From the IMG/VR virus record IMGVR_UViG_3300038968_000070, positions 32,001 to 96,000 of that record: 64,000 nt of DNA; one strand, written 5' to 3'. The notes beneath the pieces are model-generated. The model ran no database searches. It had not been told where the DNA came from and was given only the letters and a program-made list of their open reading frames with translations. Source of the stretch: a virus (lineage: Duplodnaviria > Caudoviricetes). Both the position numbers and the translations under genes were made by a program. Below, in pieces: positions 37,266-47,415 of this stretch. Position 1 is the first letter of the stretch; the number at the start of each line of letters is the position of its first letter.

Positions 37266-37757
37266 TCATTGCGCAGACCTCCACAAACCGGTGCGGATCG
37301 TCGTCACGTCGTAGAATTCACGCGCCGTGTACCGACGCCAGCGCGGCGGGTCGCCGACCTCGTAGAGCCAGAACGCAGCGATCTCGGCGTCGAGGATCGC
37401 GTTGGCGCACGGCAAGCAGCGCGGGCCGCCGCCGGCGACGAGCTGACCGTCGACGGTCTTGACGTGCACGGCTTCGAGACGAGAGATCGGGTCGCCATGC
37501 CGAACCGCCGCAAGCGCACGCTGCTCGGCGTGCACGCAGTACGCCGCGCAGCGCTCAGCACACGCCTCGGTCCGAAGGCACGGCAAGCCGCCCGGCGGTG
37601 CGTTGAAACCGGCGCTCGAAAGTCGCACGGCGCCGGCGTCGTTGACGAAGAAGAGCGCAACGCCACGCTTGCTCTTCGCGCACGGCGACGCGTTCGCCAC
37701 ACGAACGGCGAGGTCGATCACCTCGGGCGGGGGCGTCGTGAGAACCGCCCCACGCAT
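37266..37757 (-). CDS. zinc-dependent deaminase (dCMP deaminase-like)
   Basis: SPC...GV, HAEQRAL, PRCLPC. Confidence 0.8.
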   Translation of the reverse strand: MRGAVLTTPPPEVIDLAVRVANASPCAKSKRGVALFFVNDAGAVRLSSAGFNAPPGGLPCLRTEACAERCAAYCVHAEQRALAAVRHGDPISRLEAVHVKTVDGQLVAGGGPRCLPCANAILDAEIAAFWLYEVGDPPRWRRYTAREFYDVTTIRTGLWRSAQ

Positions 37758-38554
37758 CACCACGGACCTCCTTCGAGCACGACCGTGTACGTCGGTTCGG
37801 CTTGCGTCGGCGATAGCGACGCGTCGAACGCGTCGAACGCCTTGATCTTGGCGTGCAACTCGACGATCGCGTCGCAGCGCCCGCAACGGTGATCGTATTC
37901 GCAGTCGCACCCACGCGACGTCTTACGCGCGGCCGCGATCACGGCCTCGGCAAGCTCGTCCCACCGCGCGTGAAGCTCGCCGCTCACTTCACGACTCCGT
38001 TCTTCGTCGGCACGGGTTGCGCGGCGACCATGTCCCGCGGCGCCGCGGCAAACTTGCACGCGGCTTCGGCGAGCTTCTCGGCGTACGTGTTGACGTATTC
38101 GAGCGGCTGCTTGCCGGTCTTGTACCATCCGAGCGCGTTCGCGTAGTCTTGTGCGGCTTCGCGCAGTGCGCGCTCGGCACGGAGGATCTTGCGCGTGGTC
38201 GGCTTCACGGCGACACCTCGCCGTCGCCAGCAGGCGTGACGTACTTGATCGACGCGCGCATCCACTCCATCGCGCGGTCGTTGAACGGCACCAGCTCGAA
38301 GCCACCGTGCTGATCCTCGTGCTCGATCGAGATGTTGTGCTCGCGACAGAGCGCTTCGAGCGCGGCGAGGAACGCTGGCGCACGCGCAGCGGCGTCTTGC
38401 TTGAGCGCCTGTCGCGCGCGATACTTCGCATCTAGCTCGTCGCGCCAGTCACTATGCGCGGCCTGCCGCGCGCGTGCGGCGGCTTCGTGCACTTCTGCAC
38501 GCTCGCGCGGCGTCATGTGCTCCCACTTCTTGGGCGGGGCCTTGGGCGCGACGC

Positions 38555-39730
38555 TCACGGATCGATCTCCCGCGGGCCATCGTCCTCGACGCCGGCGCAG
38601 TGGTGGAACAGCGGGCAGAAGCCGTGGTAGCGCGTGACACACGACGCGCGGCTGCGCGGGTACGACCCGAGCGCCTCGGCGACGCGCATCTCCGCGTCCC
38701 AGATCTTGAGCGACTTGTGGTGATCGCTCAGCACGCGCTTCTGCGGCAGCACGATCGACCGGAGGTACTGCGGCACCTTCGTCTTGATGAGGAGATTGAT
38801 GCACGCGCCGCGGAGCGGGCCGAACCGCTTGCGGTACCCGAGGCGGTTGTAGAGGTCGACGTTGCCGAGGATCTGGCCGTCGTTCTGCCACTGGTCGCGC
38901 GTGACCATGTCGTTCTTCGACGCGGTCTTGTGATCGCTCACGTAGACGCCGGGCAAGAGGTTCTCGAACGGTTTCGTCACCTCGAAGACGAGGTCCCACC
39001 GACACGAGAAGCCCGTGCGCGGGTCGACGACCAGCTCCTCGACGGCGAGCGGGCGCATCCAGTCCTCGGTGCCCCAATACGCCCGGTAACCGTCGAACAG
39101 CTCCCACGCCTGGTTGATCACCGCCGGTGTCACGAGCTGAAGCTCCAAGAAGCGCTTCGCCGCCTCGGGGTCGATCGGGTAGCTCGGGTCGATGCGCTGC
39201 AAGTAGTGGATCGCGAGGAAGAGGTGCGTGAGCGATCCGACTTCGAGCGCGTCGGGGCCGGGCTGCGTCTCATCGATGACGCTCTTGCCGCTGCCGTACT
39301 GGTTCTTCCAGAGGTAGCGGCAACGCTGGAACGTCGAGATGCTCGACCAACCACGCGCGCCGGAGCTGCCGCCGAGGACCGGCTTGTTGATCGACTCGAA
39401 GAGCTTGCGCGTCGCGAAGTCGACGGCGACGTAGCCCGAGCCCTCGGGCGTCGCGCTCACCGCGACGCCGTCGATGAACATCGCGCCGCCGAAGCTGACC
39501 GGCACATTCGGCGCCGCCACCGGCGCCTCGCGCTGGTAGATCTCGCCGTCGACCAGCTCGTACGTGTCGTCGACGCAGACGCCGAGCGCGTCGGTGAGGA
39601 CGACGGAGCACCCGGGGCTGTCCGTATGAAGGAACAGGTCGGGATAGGGCGAGGCGACGAGCGCAGCCTGGCACAAGGCACAGACGGGCCCCTTCCCGCC
39701 CCCGCGGGATTTCTTCGTGGTCCTGGTCAT
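38555..39730 (-). CDS. PD-(D/E)XK nuclease (RecB/Cas4-like)
   Basis: SSISTFQRC, GSLTH, RWDLV, DHKT, Q..Y, C-terminal Cys cluster. Confidence 0.8.
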   Translation of the reverse strand: MTRTTKKSRGGGKGPVCALCQAALVASPYPDLFLHTDSPGCSVVLTDALGVCVDDTYELVDGEIYQREAPVAAPNVPVSFGGAMFIDGVAVSATPEGSGYVAVDFATRKLFESINKPVLGGSSGARGWSSISTFQRCRYLWKNQYGSGKSVIDETQPGPDALEVGSLTHLFLAIHYLQRIDPSYPIDPEAAKRFLELQLVTPAVINQAWELFDGYRAYWGTEDWMRPLAVEELVVDPRTGFSCRWDLVFEVTKPFENLLPGVYVSDHKTASKNDMVTRDQWQNDGQILGNVDLYNRLGYRKRFGPLRGACINLLIKTKVPQYLRSIVLPQKRVLSDHHKSLKIWDAEMRVAEALGSYPRSRASCVTRYHGFCPLFHHCAGVEDDGPREIDP

Positions 39731-39786
39731 GTGAGATCGTCTCGAAACCGGAGCGCGATACAGAGAACCGTTTCGAGACGGCTCAT

Positions 39787-39809
39787 CGAATAGCACAGGG
39801 GTCCGACAG
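39787..39809 (-). promoter_or_regulatory. phage promoter box
   Basis: CTGTCGGACC-CCTGTG-C-TATTCG. Confidence 0.55.
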
Positions 39810-39844
39810 AAAGCGAGCGGGAGCGCGCGCCCGCGCGTGAACGC

Positions 39845-41407
39845 TCAGCGAGATCCCCCCAAGAGCAACGCTTCCAGCTCACTTAGTAACAGGCGAGCGT
39901 CCTCGGGGCTTGTGGATAGATCGAAGCCGGAACCTGCGGCGGGCATTGAGGATGCAGCACCGCGCGCGAGCTTTGTCGTCAGCTTATCCACAAGCAGTTG
40001 CTCGACCGGATGTTCGACGCGAAAAAAAAGCAACGTCATCGCGCGATCGGGCGTGAAGGTTCGCATCGCGGCCTGGTAGAGCACCGCCGGCGTCCAGTCG
40101 ACCTCGACGAAGGCAGCAACTTTCGCATGTGAGAGGTCGATCCCGACCTGCCCGACCGCGAGCGTCGCGATCAGGACGCCGTCTGGGGTGTCGCGCCACG
40201 CCGCCATCGCTGCGAGCCGCTTCTGCGGCGATTCGTCGCCATGGATCATGAACACCGGGCGGTGCTTGTCGCGCTCCTTGATCGCCTTCGCGAGCGGCTT
40301 GGCGACGTCGGCCTTGTGCCAGCACCACGCGACGGTCGGTTCGCGATACGCGAGCAGCTCGTCCGCCACCGCGGCGATCTTCAGCTTGCCAGTGAGCTTC
40401 CGGTAACGCCCGATCGCACCGATCGTCGTGTCGTCGAGGGTCGCGTCACGCATCGCCTCGACGGCGATGTCCAACTCGCCGTAGCCGGCGGCGTCGATCG
40501 GCACGTCGACGAAGCGACGCGCGATGGGCGGCAGGTCCGGGCGCTCGGTCGCCCAATCAGCTTGAAAGACGACCTCGGCGCGGCGCGCGTGCCACTCCTC
40601 CTCGTTCGAGATCTCGCCGTAGACCCAGCCGTACTCCCCCTGCGTCGGCGCGCAGTAGCGCTGTTTGAACCCGAAGCTCGTCTTGCCCCACGCGCCCGGG
40701 TTCGCCGTCGCCAAGAGCGGCCACAAGCCCTTCGTGCTGTTCCACAGCGGTGTGCCGGTCAAGACGACGACGCGCTTCGCGAGCACAGCGAAGTCGCGGA
40801 CACCTTCGCTCCGGCGGCTCTTGTCGTTCGCGAGGAGGTGCGCCTCGTCGACGATGAGCGTACCGATCCGCAGGTTCGTCAGCTGTTGGTCACGCGCGAT
40901 GTCGTAGTGCCCGAAGATGAACGGCGAGGTCTTCAACGCCTCGACGTCGGGCTTGCGGCCCTCCATGCAGAAGACCTCGGCGCCGGGGAACATGCTCTCG
41001 ATCGCGTCGATCCAGACCTGGCGCACGTCGAGCGGCGCGAGAATGCCGAGCGGGCCACGCGCCGGGTCATGGAGCGCGAGCGCCGCGCGGCTCTTGCCCA
41101 TGCGAGGCTCGGCGACGATCATCGACCCCTGGCGCGGCGCCGCCCAATCGAGCGCGCGCTTCTGCCACGGGCGCCAAGGCATGTTCGCCGGCGGCGCGTG
41201 CGGCGCCTCGCCGCGCGGCGGCACGCCCGCGAGCGCACCGGGCAACCCAAGATCGAACCCGCGCTGTACCAGCAACGGCAGGTGTGTCCGGTGGACCTCG
41301 AACGTCCCATCGTTACGCGCGAGCACGCCGGGGATCCCCGCCGGCAACGCCTTCACCCATTCGAGCGGGATCTGCCACCAGTCCCAACGAGAGCTTGGAC
41401 GGATCAC
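39845..41407 (-). CDS. SNF2-like SF2 helicase
   Basis: AEPRMGKS, IVDEAH, LTGTP, VGIDLS, WTP...QA..R. Confidence 0.88.
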   Translation of the reverse strand: MIRPSSRWDWWQIPLEWVKALPAGIPGVLARNDGTFEVHRTHLPLLVQRGFDLGLPGALAGVPPRGEAPHAPPANMPWRPWQKRALDWAAPRQGSMIVAEPRMGKSRAALALHDPARGPLGILAPLDVRQVWIDAIESMFPGAEVFCMEGRKPDVEALKTSPFIFGHYDIARDQQLTNLRIGTLIVDEAHLLANDKSRRSEGVRDFAVLAKRVVVLTGTPLWNSTKGLWPLLATANPGAWGKTSFGFKQRYCAPTQGEYGWVYGEISNEEEWHARRAEVVFQADWATERPDLPPIARRFVDVPIDAAGYGELDIAVEAMRDATLDDTTIGAIGRYRKLTGKLKIAAVADELLAYREPTVAWCWHKADVAKPLAKAIKERDKHRPVFMIHGDESPQKRLAAMAAWRDTPDGVLIATLAVGQVGIDLSHAKVAAFVEVDWTPAVLYQAAMRTFTPDRAMTLLFFRVEHPVEQLLVDKLTTKLARGAASSMPAAGSGFDLSTSPEDARLLLSELEALLLGGSR

Positions 41408-41413
41408 CGTCCG

Positions 41414-41436
41414 CTTGTAACACGCGGGTGCGTCAG
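41414..41436 (-). promoter_or_regulatory. phage promoter box
   Basis: CTGACGCACC-CGCGTG-T-TACAAG. Confidence 0.55.
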
Positions 41437-41819
41437 GACCGTGCGCTGGCGCGCGGCGCGCAGAACACGTTGTGCTCGCGCAGCACACGCGTTGCGATCA
41501 CATCGCTCGTATCACCAGGCAAGACTGGTACGGCGGCGCCGAACGCACCCGACTGCGGCTCGTTCGTTCGTGTAGCTGCGTACGTCAGGGCATCCACCTC
41601 CGTCGCCCAATACGACACCCCGTAGCCGCGCAAGCCGCCGTTCCCCAAGTACCAAACCACCGCCCAGGTTGCGCGTGGATCCGCCGGTCCGAGTGATCGC
41701 ATACGCCGTCCTTCCGAGATCGAGCCTTAGCACGGTCACCCCGTCGGGGTGAACCAACAGGTAGTAGGTTTCGTCTCTCGCTGATCAAGATGTAGTAGGC
41801 GAGACGCTCGCTGCGATTT

Positions 41820-41842
41820 CTGACGCAGGGGTCCGGTATCTT
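41820..41842 (+). promoter_or_regulatory. phage promoter box
   Basis: CTGACGCAGG-GGTCCG-G-TATCTT. Confidence 0.5.
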
Positions 41843-41889
41843 GGCGCGCGGGGACGGCGGCACTGTCGCCGCTGTCGCCGCTCCCGCCC

Positions 41890-43545
41890 GTGACCCTCCT
41901 TCTCCCCGCCGATTACGTCTCGATCCGCACCCGCGTCGCGCAGGCCCTCGCCAGCCTTGACAAAGACGCATCCGCGAGTGACCGCGGCGCCGCGGTCGCG
42001 TTCGTGATCCTCCAGACCGAGCAAGCCAACAACAGCCGCTTCCTCGTGATCGACGGCGACCCGTTCCTCTTCACCGGGTTCAACAAGCGGCTACTCGCGC
42101 TGCAACACGGCGACCTTCGCTGGGCGACGCACTTGCTCATGGTCTACGGCGTCAACGTCAAGGATCGCGAGATCTCACCGAAGATCACACAGGCGCTCGC
42201 GAGCTACGCCATCACCAACGGGCGCGCCGTCTCGCCGCGGCGCTGGTCGGCGTTCGTCGACGGCGCCTTGTACCTCAGCCGCTACGACGGGACGACCTAC
42301 AAGCTCACCGGCGCCGGCGTCGATGAGAGCGATGATGAAACGCAGTCCCTCGTGGACGACATCTGGCTGAACCGTCGCTCGACGTGGGCGGGGCGGCGCA
42401 ACGCAAGTCGACCACCGCTCCGGTTCGACATCGAGGACAACGGGACGAACGTCCTCTTCGCCGACGACGACGGCGGATCGGTGCCGACGGCGCCGGCGTT
42501 CGGCCGCAACGGCAAGCTCTTCCAGCTCCTTCGCGGGATCGCGTGGTCGCGTGAGAGCACGAGCATGAGGCCGAAGCATCAAGTGCAAGCGCTCATGATC
42601 TGGATGCTGGCGACGGCGTTCCCCGACCTGTTCCCGACGAAGCCCATCGTCATCGCCGAGGGCGCGCCAGGCTCGGGCAAGAGCACGACCCTCCAGATGA
42701 TCCAGCAAGCGCTCTTCGGCAGCGTCGAGCCGTTCACGGTGTCGGAGGACGGCCTCCGCGACTTCTGGCTCAACCTCATGACGAGCCCGATCACGCTCCT
42801 CGACAACACCGACGACATCGTGAAGTGGCTGCCCGATCAGATCGCAGCGTACACGACGCGCGGGTTCCGCAAGGAGCGCAAGCTGCACACGAACACCGGC
42901 ACCGTCGTCATCCGCCCGAACGCGTTCATCTGCGTCGCGTCGCAAGACCCCAAGAACTTCCGCCGCGGTGACGTCGCCGACCGGTCGATCGTGCTGCGCA
43001 TGGAGAGCCGCGTCGGGCGCGGTGGCGAGAACATCGCCGCGATCGCGGCACGCATCGAGCGTGAACGCGCCGTGATCTGGGGCGAGTGGGCCTACTTCCT
43101 GAACCGCGTCGTCGCCGCGCTCGCGCGCGAACCGGTGCGACGGACGACGGCCCGCCTCGGTGACTTCGAGGTCTTCGCCTACGCCGCCTGCCGTGCGCTC
43201 GGCTGGCAGAGCAGCATCATCGTCCCCGAGCTGATGGCGGCGCTGAGCCGCGAGCGCGCCACGTTTGCCGCCGAGGCTGACATCGTCCTCGACGTGCTCG
43301 AAGACTGGCTCGTCTACCCGTCGAACGTCGCGCGCGAGATCTCGCTCCGCGACCTCTTCCGGGACCTCTCCTCGCTCGCCGGGCAGAACAACAAGCCGTT
43401 CGTCCGTACGCCACAAGCGCTCGCGCACCGACTACGCGCGCCGCACGTGCGGCTCATGTACGACGTCGCCGAGTGGAACAACGGCGACCAGCGCATGTAC
43501 CGGGTCATCAAGGCGCCGACGACCGTCATCGTCGGTGAGAACTAG
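41890..43545 (+). CDS. P-loop ATPase, SF3/D5-like replicative helicase
   Basis: EGAPGSGKST, LLDN, RKLHTN, DVADRS. Confidence 0.75.
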   Translation: MTLLLPADYVSIRTRVAQALASLDKDASASDRGAAVAFVILQTEQANNSRFLVIDGDPFLFTGFNKRLLALQHGDLRWATHLLMVYGVNVKDREISPKITQALASYAITNGRAVSPRRWSAFVDGALYLSRYDGTTYKLTGAGVDESDDETQSLVDDIWLNRRSTWAGRRNASRPPLRFDIEDNGTNVLFADDDGGSVPTAPAFGRNGKLFQLLRGIAWSRESTSMRPKHQVQALMIWMLATAFPDLFPTKPIVIAEGAPGSGKSTTLQMIQQALFGSVEPFTVSEDGLRDFWLNLMTSPITLLDNTDDIVKWLPDQIAAYTTRGFRKERKLHTNTGTVVIRPNAFICVASQDPKNFRRGDVADRSIVLRMESRVGRGGENIAAIAARIERERAVIWGEWAYFLNRVVAALAREPVRRTTARLGDFEVFAYAACRALGWQSSIIVPELMAALSRERATFAAEADIVLDVLEDWLVYPSNVAREISLRDLFRDLSSLAGQNNKPFVRTPQALAHRLRAPHVRLMYDVAEWNNGDQRMYRVIKAPTTVIVGEN

Positions 43546-43554
43546 GAGCGCATC

Positions 43555-44043
43555 GTGTCGAAGCTCACGTTGGGACACGCCGCCGTACAAGCCATCCTAC
43601 GGCTCATCACCGACAACCGCGACACGTTGGCGGCCGCGATCGCAGCACACCTCGAAGAGATCGAAGTCGCCACGCCGTCTGTCCCACAACTCGACGACGA
43701 GGTCACGCCCGTCGCCGCACCGCCGCCCATCGACGACGGCGTGGTCCGGCTCCGCTTCATCGGTCCCGGCACGGCCGAAGGCGTCCGCGCCTTCGCGACG
43801 AACCTCATCGTCATCGGGTCATCGCTTTCCTGTCACATCATCACGGGCGGAGACTCGCGCGCGCAGCACGCAGCGATCACGCGGATGGGTCGCGAGGTGT
43901 GGCTCAACAACCTGACCCCTGACGGCACCGGCGTCAGCGTCAACCACCGCGCGGCCGCAGGCGGCCGCATCGTCACGAGCACCCACGTCTTGAAGCCGGG
44001 TGAGTGGGTCCACGTCGGCGACACGTTCATCAGCCTCGCGTGA
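43555..44043 (+). CDS. hypothetical protein
   Basis: AGGAG SD before GTG. Confidence 0.55.
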   Translation: MSKLTLGHAAVQAILRLITDNRDTLAAAIAAHLEEIEVATPSVPQLDDEVTPVAAPPPIDDGVVRLRFIGPGTAEGVRAFATNLIVIGSSLSCHIITGGDSRAQHAAITRMGREVWLNNLTPDGTGVSVNHRAAAGGRIVTSTHVLKPGEWVHVGDTFISLA

Positions 44044-44055
44044 ACGACGGCGTCG

Positions 44056-44078
44056 CTGTCGGACCGCTGTGGTAATCT
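44056..44078 (+). promoter_or_regulatory. phage promoter box
   Basis: CTGTCGGACC-GCTGTG-G-TAATCT. Confidence 0.6.
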
Positions 44079-44096
44079 CGAACCAAGCAGAATTCC

Positions 44097-44372
44097 ATGT
44101 CCATCGCTGGCATTGTCCCCGGCTACCTGATCGGGTACCTCGTGCGTGAAGACGACACGACGTGCGAGTATCGCCTATTGCCGGTCGTCAGCCTCGTCGG
44201 CGACCCCGACGGCGAGATCGAACCGGTCGTCATGCTCCCCGATGGACGCACCGCGCGTGCGAGCGCGGTCGGCGAACGTGCATTCTCCGCCGGTCCGAAC
44301 GAGGACATCACGAAGATCGCCAACGCCCACGCCAAGACGCGCGGGCGTCGGGCGCGGAGGGTCGCAGCGTGA
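44097..44372 (+). CDS. hypothetical protein
   Basis: ATG after promoter box. Confidence 0.55.
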   Translation: MSIAGIVPGYLIGYLVREDDTTCEYRLLPVVSLVGDPDGEIEPVVMLPDGRTARASAVGERAFSAGPNEDITKIANAHAKTRGRRARRVAA

Positions 44373-44558
44373 CCGAACGCCAGCGCTTCGCGCTCACGAT
44401 CGGCGTCATCCTCGGCGTCACGCTCGTCACCGTCGCAGCGATGACCGCGTGCGCGATCGCGGTCTTCGAGGGTGCGTCGTTCATCTGGCTCGCCGGCGTC
44501 CCGAGCGGGGCGCTCATCGGCGCACTCGCGATCGCGGTCGTCTGGGAGCACTGGCTCG

Positions 44559-44852
44559 ATGGCTAAGCACTGGCCGATGGTTGCGTACGCGGCGGACCGT
44601 TCGCGCCAGACGTTGCACGGCATGTTCGTGACGGCGTTCGGGTGGCGCTACACCGTCGAGGCCGCCGACTTGGTGCAGGCGATCGTCGGGTCCGGGCTCG
44701 CCAAAGCGGTGAGTGGTGTCACGATCTCGCCGTACGATCTTCACTACAAACCGTGCTTCGAGAGCGCCGAAGACGAGCGGACGTTCGGCAACATCTGGAA
44801 CGCGGCGGTCGACGAACACCGGCGCAGGCGGGCAACGCGTGACGGTGCGTGA
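44559..44852 (+). CDS. DAAIDEQDRR-family paralog
   Basis: GNIWNAAVDEHRRR. Confidence 0.65.
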   Translation: MAKHWPMVAYAADRSRQTLHGMFVTAFGWRYTVEAADLVQAIVGSGLAKAVSGVTISPYDLHYKPCFESAEDERTFGNIWNAAVDEHRRRRATRDGA

Positions 44853-45126
44853 TATCCCGGTTCTCGCGGAGCGGTACATGCCGCAGGTCTACGCGTACCT
44901 CTACCGGAACTACAATGTGGCGGCGCCGTCGTTCGCGTGGCTTCAGAGCGTATCGTTCCCTCACGGATGGGACGAGCGTACGGAGGACGTCTACGAGACG
45001 GTGAAGACGCTATGGTGGAGCGGCTCCGCGAACAGCATGGCAGAGCTGCGCGCCGACGAAGAGCTACTCACGAACGTCTGGAACGCCGCCGTCGAGGAGT
45101 ACGCACGGCGACACGGAGAACTGTGA
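44839..45126 (+). CDS. DAAIDEQDRR-family paralog
   Basis: TNVWNAAVEEYARR. Confidence 0.65.
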   Translation: MTVRDIPVLAERYMPQVYAYLYRNYNVAAPSFAWLQSVSFPHGWDERTEDVYETVKTLWWSGSANSMAELRADEELLTNVWNAAVEEYARRHGEL

Positions 45127-45443
45127 CAACGCCCCGCGACGCGCGAAGCAACACGCAGCGTGTGCGTGACAGCCGACGCTGGCCAGAGATCGACCGCGTA
45201 CTCCACGCCGGCACGATCACCTCGAAGATCCGCTACGCGTTCGGCGTCAGCACACGGAACGCCGTAGACTTCGCCGACCTCTACGACGTGATCATGCACG
45301 CCTACCGATCGCTCCGCATCGACCTGCTCTGGCACGGGGCGGCGCCACCGCCGCCCCCGTCAGAGAACGCCGAAGCGTTCGCCAACATCTGGAACGCCGC
45401 CCTCGACGAGTACGATCGACGCAAGGCTGCCCGCCGTGGTTAG
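45123..45443 (+). CDS. DAAIDEQDRR-family paralog
   Basis: DSRRWP...ANIWNAALDEYDRR. Confidence 0.7.
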   Translation: MTTPRDARSNTQRVRDSRRWPEIDRVLHAGTITSKIRYAFGVSTRNAVDFADLYDVIMHAYRSLRIDLLWHGAAPPPPPSENAEAFANIWNAALDEYDRRKAARRG

Positions 45444-45819
45444 AGTCTGGTACCCCTACGAGCACGCGATGCCGTTCTGCGGCGATGTCCGCCGCTGGCC
45501 GGACGTCGCCTACGAATGCGAGCGCCGGTTCGCGCATTGCAGCCCGCGCAAGATCATCGAATTCATCGGCGGCTTGCCCATGGAGCGCGACCGTGATCTC
45601 CTCGACACGTTGACGTTGGTCTGGCACAACAGCGACGACAGCTGGAGCGGCGATCAACAGTCCAACCCGTACGATGACGCCAATGCGCCCTGCGAGCACG
45701 AGCAACTGATCGCCAACACGCTCGACGCCATCGTCGACGAGATCGACCGTCGCCTCGGGCGTCGGCCGACGTACCGACCGCCGCCGAACGGCGGGGCGCA
45801 GGTTTCGTACGGCGATTGA
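45436..45819 (+). CDS. DAAIDEQDRR-family paralog
   Basis: GDVRRWPD...DRDL...NTLDAIVDEIDRR. Confidence 0.7.
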   Translation: MVRVWYPYEHAMPFCGDVRRWPDVAYECERRFAHCSPRKIIEFIGGLPMERDRDLLDTLTLVWHNSDDSWSGDQQSNPYDDANAPCEHEQLIANTLDAIVDEIDRRLGRRPTYRPPPNGGAQVSYGD

Positions 45820-45862
45820 CGACCATCGACGCCGCCCGGGACGCCGTGATACGCTCCTAGCC

Positions 45863-46375
45863 ATGCTGGCCACCTCCGTTCACCTCCTCGGGCGTCGTCG
45901 CCGCCGCGGGTTCCTCGGCGCCATCTCGCTTCCGAACTTCAGCGTCGCGGGGCGCCCGATGCTCACGCAGGGCGGCGGCATCGAGCAGCCTCCGATCGGC
46001 ACCGACCCGCTGGCGCCGGGCTACACCACGCCAACGTTCCCCGGCAGCGGCGGGCTCCCGCCGCCTCCGCGGCCGCCCAAGGTGAAGGGCTACTGGTTCA
46101 GCGCCACGGTCGGACCGACGTCGCCCGTCAACACGGGCCCGGCGGGCGACGGCACCGGGGGCACGCAACCGCCGCCGCCGCAGACGCCCGCGGGCACCGT
46201 GGTGAACGAGATCGCGCCGCCGTCGTACGTCCCGCCACCCATCACCACGACGCCCGACGCGACCGTTCCGACGGCCGACGTCGTCGTCCCGGGTACGCCG
46301 CGGAAGCCCTGGTGGCCGTGGGCGATCGCCGGCGCGGTCGTGGCAGCGGTCGGCGCGTACGCGATCACGCGCTAG
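45863..46375 (+). CDS. Pro-rich membrane-anchored protein
   Basis: LLGRRRRRGFLG N-terminus; C-terminal TM. Confidence 0.65.
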   Translation: MLATSVHLLGRRRRRGFLGAISLPNFSVAGRPMLTQGGGIEQPPIGTDPLAPGYTTPTFPGSGGLPPPPRPPKVKGYWFSATVGPTSPVNTGPAGDGTGGTQPPPPQTPAGTVVNEIAPPSYVPPPITTTPDATVPTADVVVPGTPRKPWWPWAIAGAVVAAVGAYAITR

Positions 46376-46556
46376 CGCACGAGGAGCGCGAGGAGCGCGC
46401 GGAAACACGGCCCGCAGAGCACGCCGGCCGCGCCGCGGTCGCGCGCGTTGCCGTGGTCAGCGCCAGCATGACAGCGCAGCTCGGGGACTTCGACCGTCGA
46501 CGGGTGGACGGTGCGGCCGCGCTTGATCTCGACGACGGGGGGGCGTGGCGCGCGCG

Positions 46557-47156
46557 TCACGCCGCCTCGCTCGGAAAGCGCGTCGCCGCCCACAACACCC
46601 AATCCGGCGGCGAGCCCGAGACCGGCGCCATCCGCTGTGGCAACTTCGCGAGCGTCTCACGCAGCTGTGTCACGACGTCGATGACGAGGTGATTCGACGA
46701 CGCGTGTTCAGGCACGAACTGGCGCCCGTTCCACGTGTACCGCGGTGCGTGACCCTCTTCGTAGAAGTTCGTGATGAACCACGGCCGCGCTGCGTAGCGG
46801 CGCCAGAGCCGATGCCCCTCGATCCACGCGGTCAAACACCGCTCCGTGCTGTACCAGAGCTTCGCATTCAGGAACCCGCCGGTGTTCGGGTGCCGCAGGA
46901 TGAAGCACGGCGGCACCGGCGCCTCGTCCCGCGGCCAACGGAAGCCGACGGCAAAGCCGACCGTATCGCTCCGTCGCGTGAACGTCGCTGCGTCGACGAT
47001 GCCGAGGTCGACCGAGTCGATCGTGTCGCCGGTGACGTTCTCGGACCAGCACAAGGCGGTCAACCGGTTGTTGTCACCTTCGGTGTCGAGCCGCCACGGC
47101 GTGATGTCGTGCGCGGCGAGGTCTTGATGCAGAGCTACGAGCGGGTCGTCGTTCAT
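46557..47156 (-). CDS. hypothetical protein
   Basis: GAGGA SD; aromatic-rich ORF. Confidence 0.55.
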   Translation of the reverse strand: MNDDPLVALHQDLAAHDITPWRLDTEGDNNRLTALCWSENVTGDTIDSVDLGIVDAATFTRRSDTVGFAVGFRWPRDEAPVPPCFILRHPNTGGFLNAKLWYSTERCLTAWIEGHRLWRRYAARPWFITNFYEEGHAPRYTWNGRQFVPEHASSNHLVIDVVTQLRETLAKLPQRMAPVSGSPPDWVLWAATRFPSEAA

Positions 47157-47415
47157 CGCGGGTCCTCGTACAGCTCGATCGGACGGTCGTTCTTGGGATC
47201 GGGGCGAAAGCCGCGCGCGTTCGCTGAGCGGTCGCCCGACGGTGGTGCGGGGTTCGCCGGCGCGTCGAGCGCGAGGCGACACACGCGCTTCGCCTCGTCG
47301 ATGACGTCGAGGAGAACGTCGCCGGGGTCGAGGTCGATCGTCACCTCGGCGCGGTCGTTCTCGAACTGCCGCCCCTGACGGAGCATGGCGTAGGTGATCG
47401 TTCGGACGCGCATGG

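Noticed and set aside
38555-39730. CRISPR-associated Cas4 or CRISPR array
   Set aside because: No repeat-spacer array or other cas genes; context is a phage recombination module.
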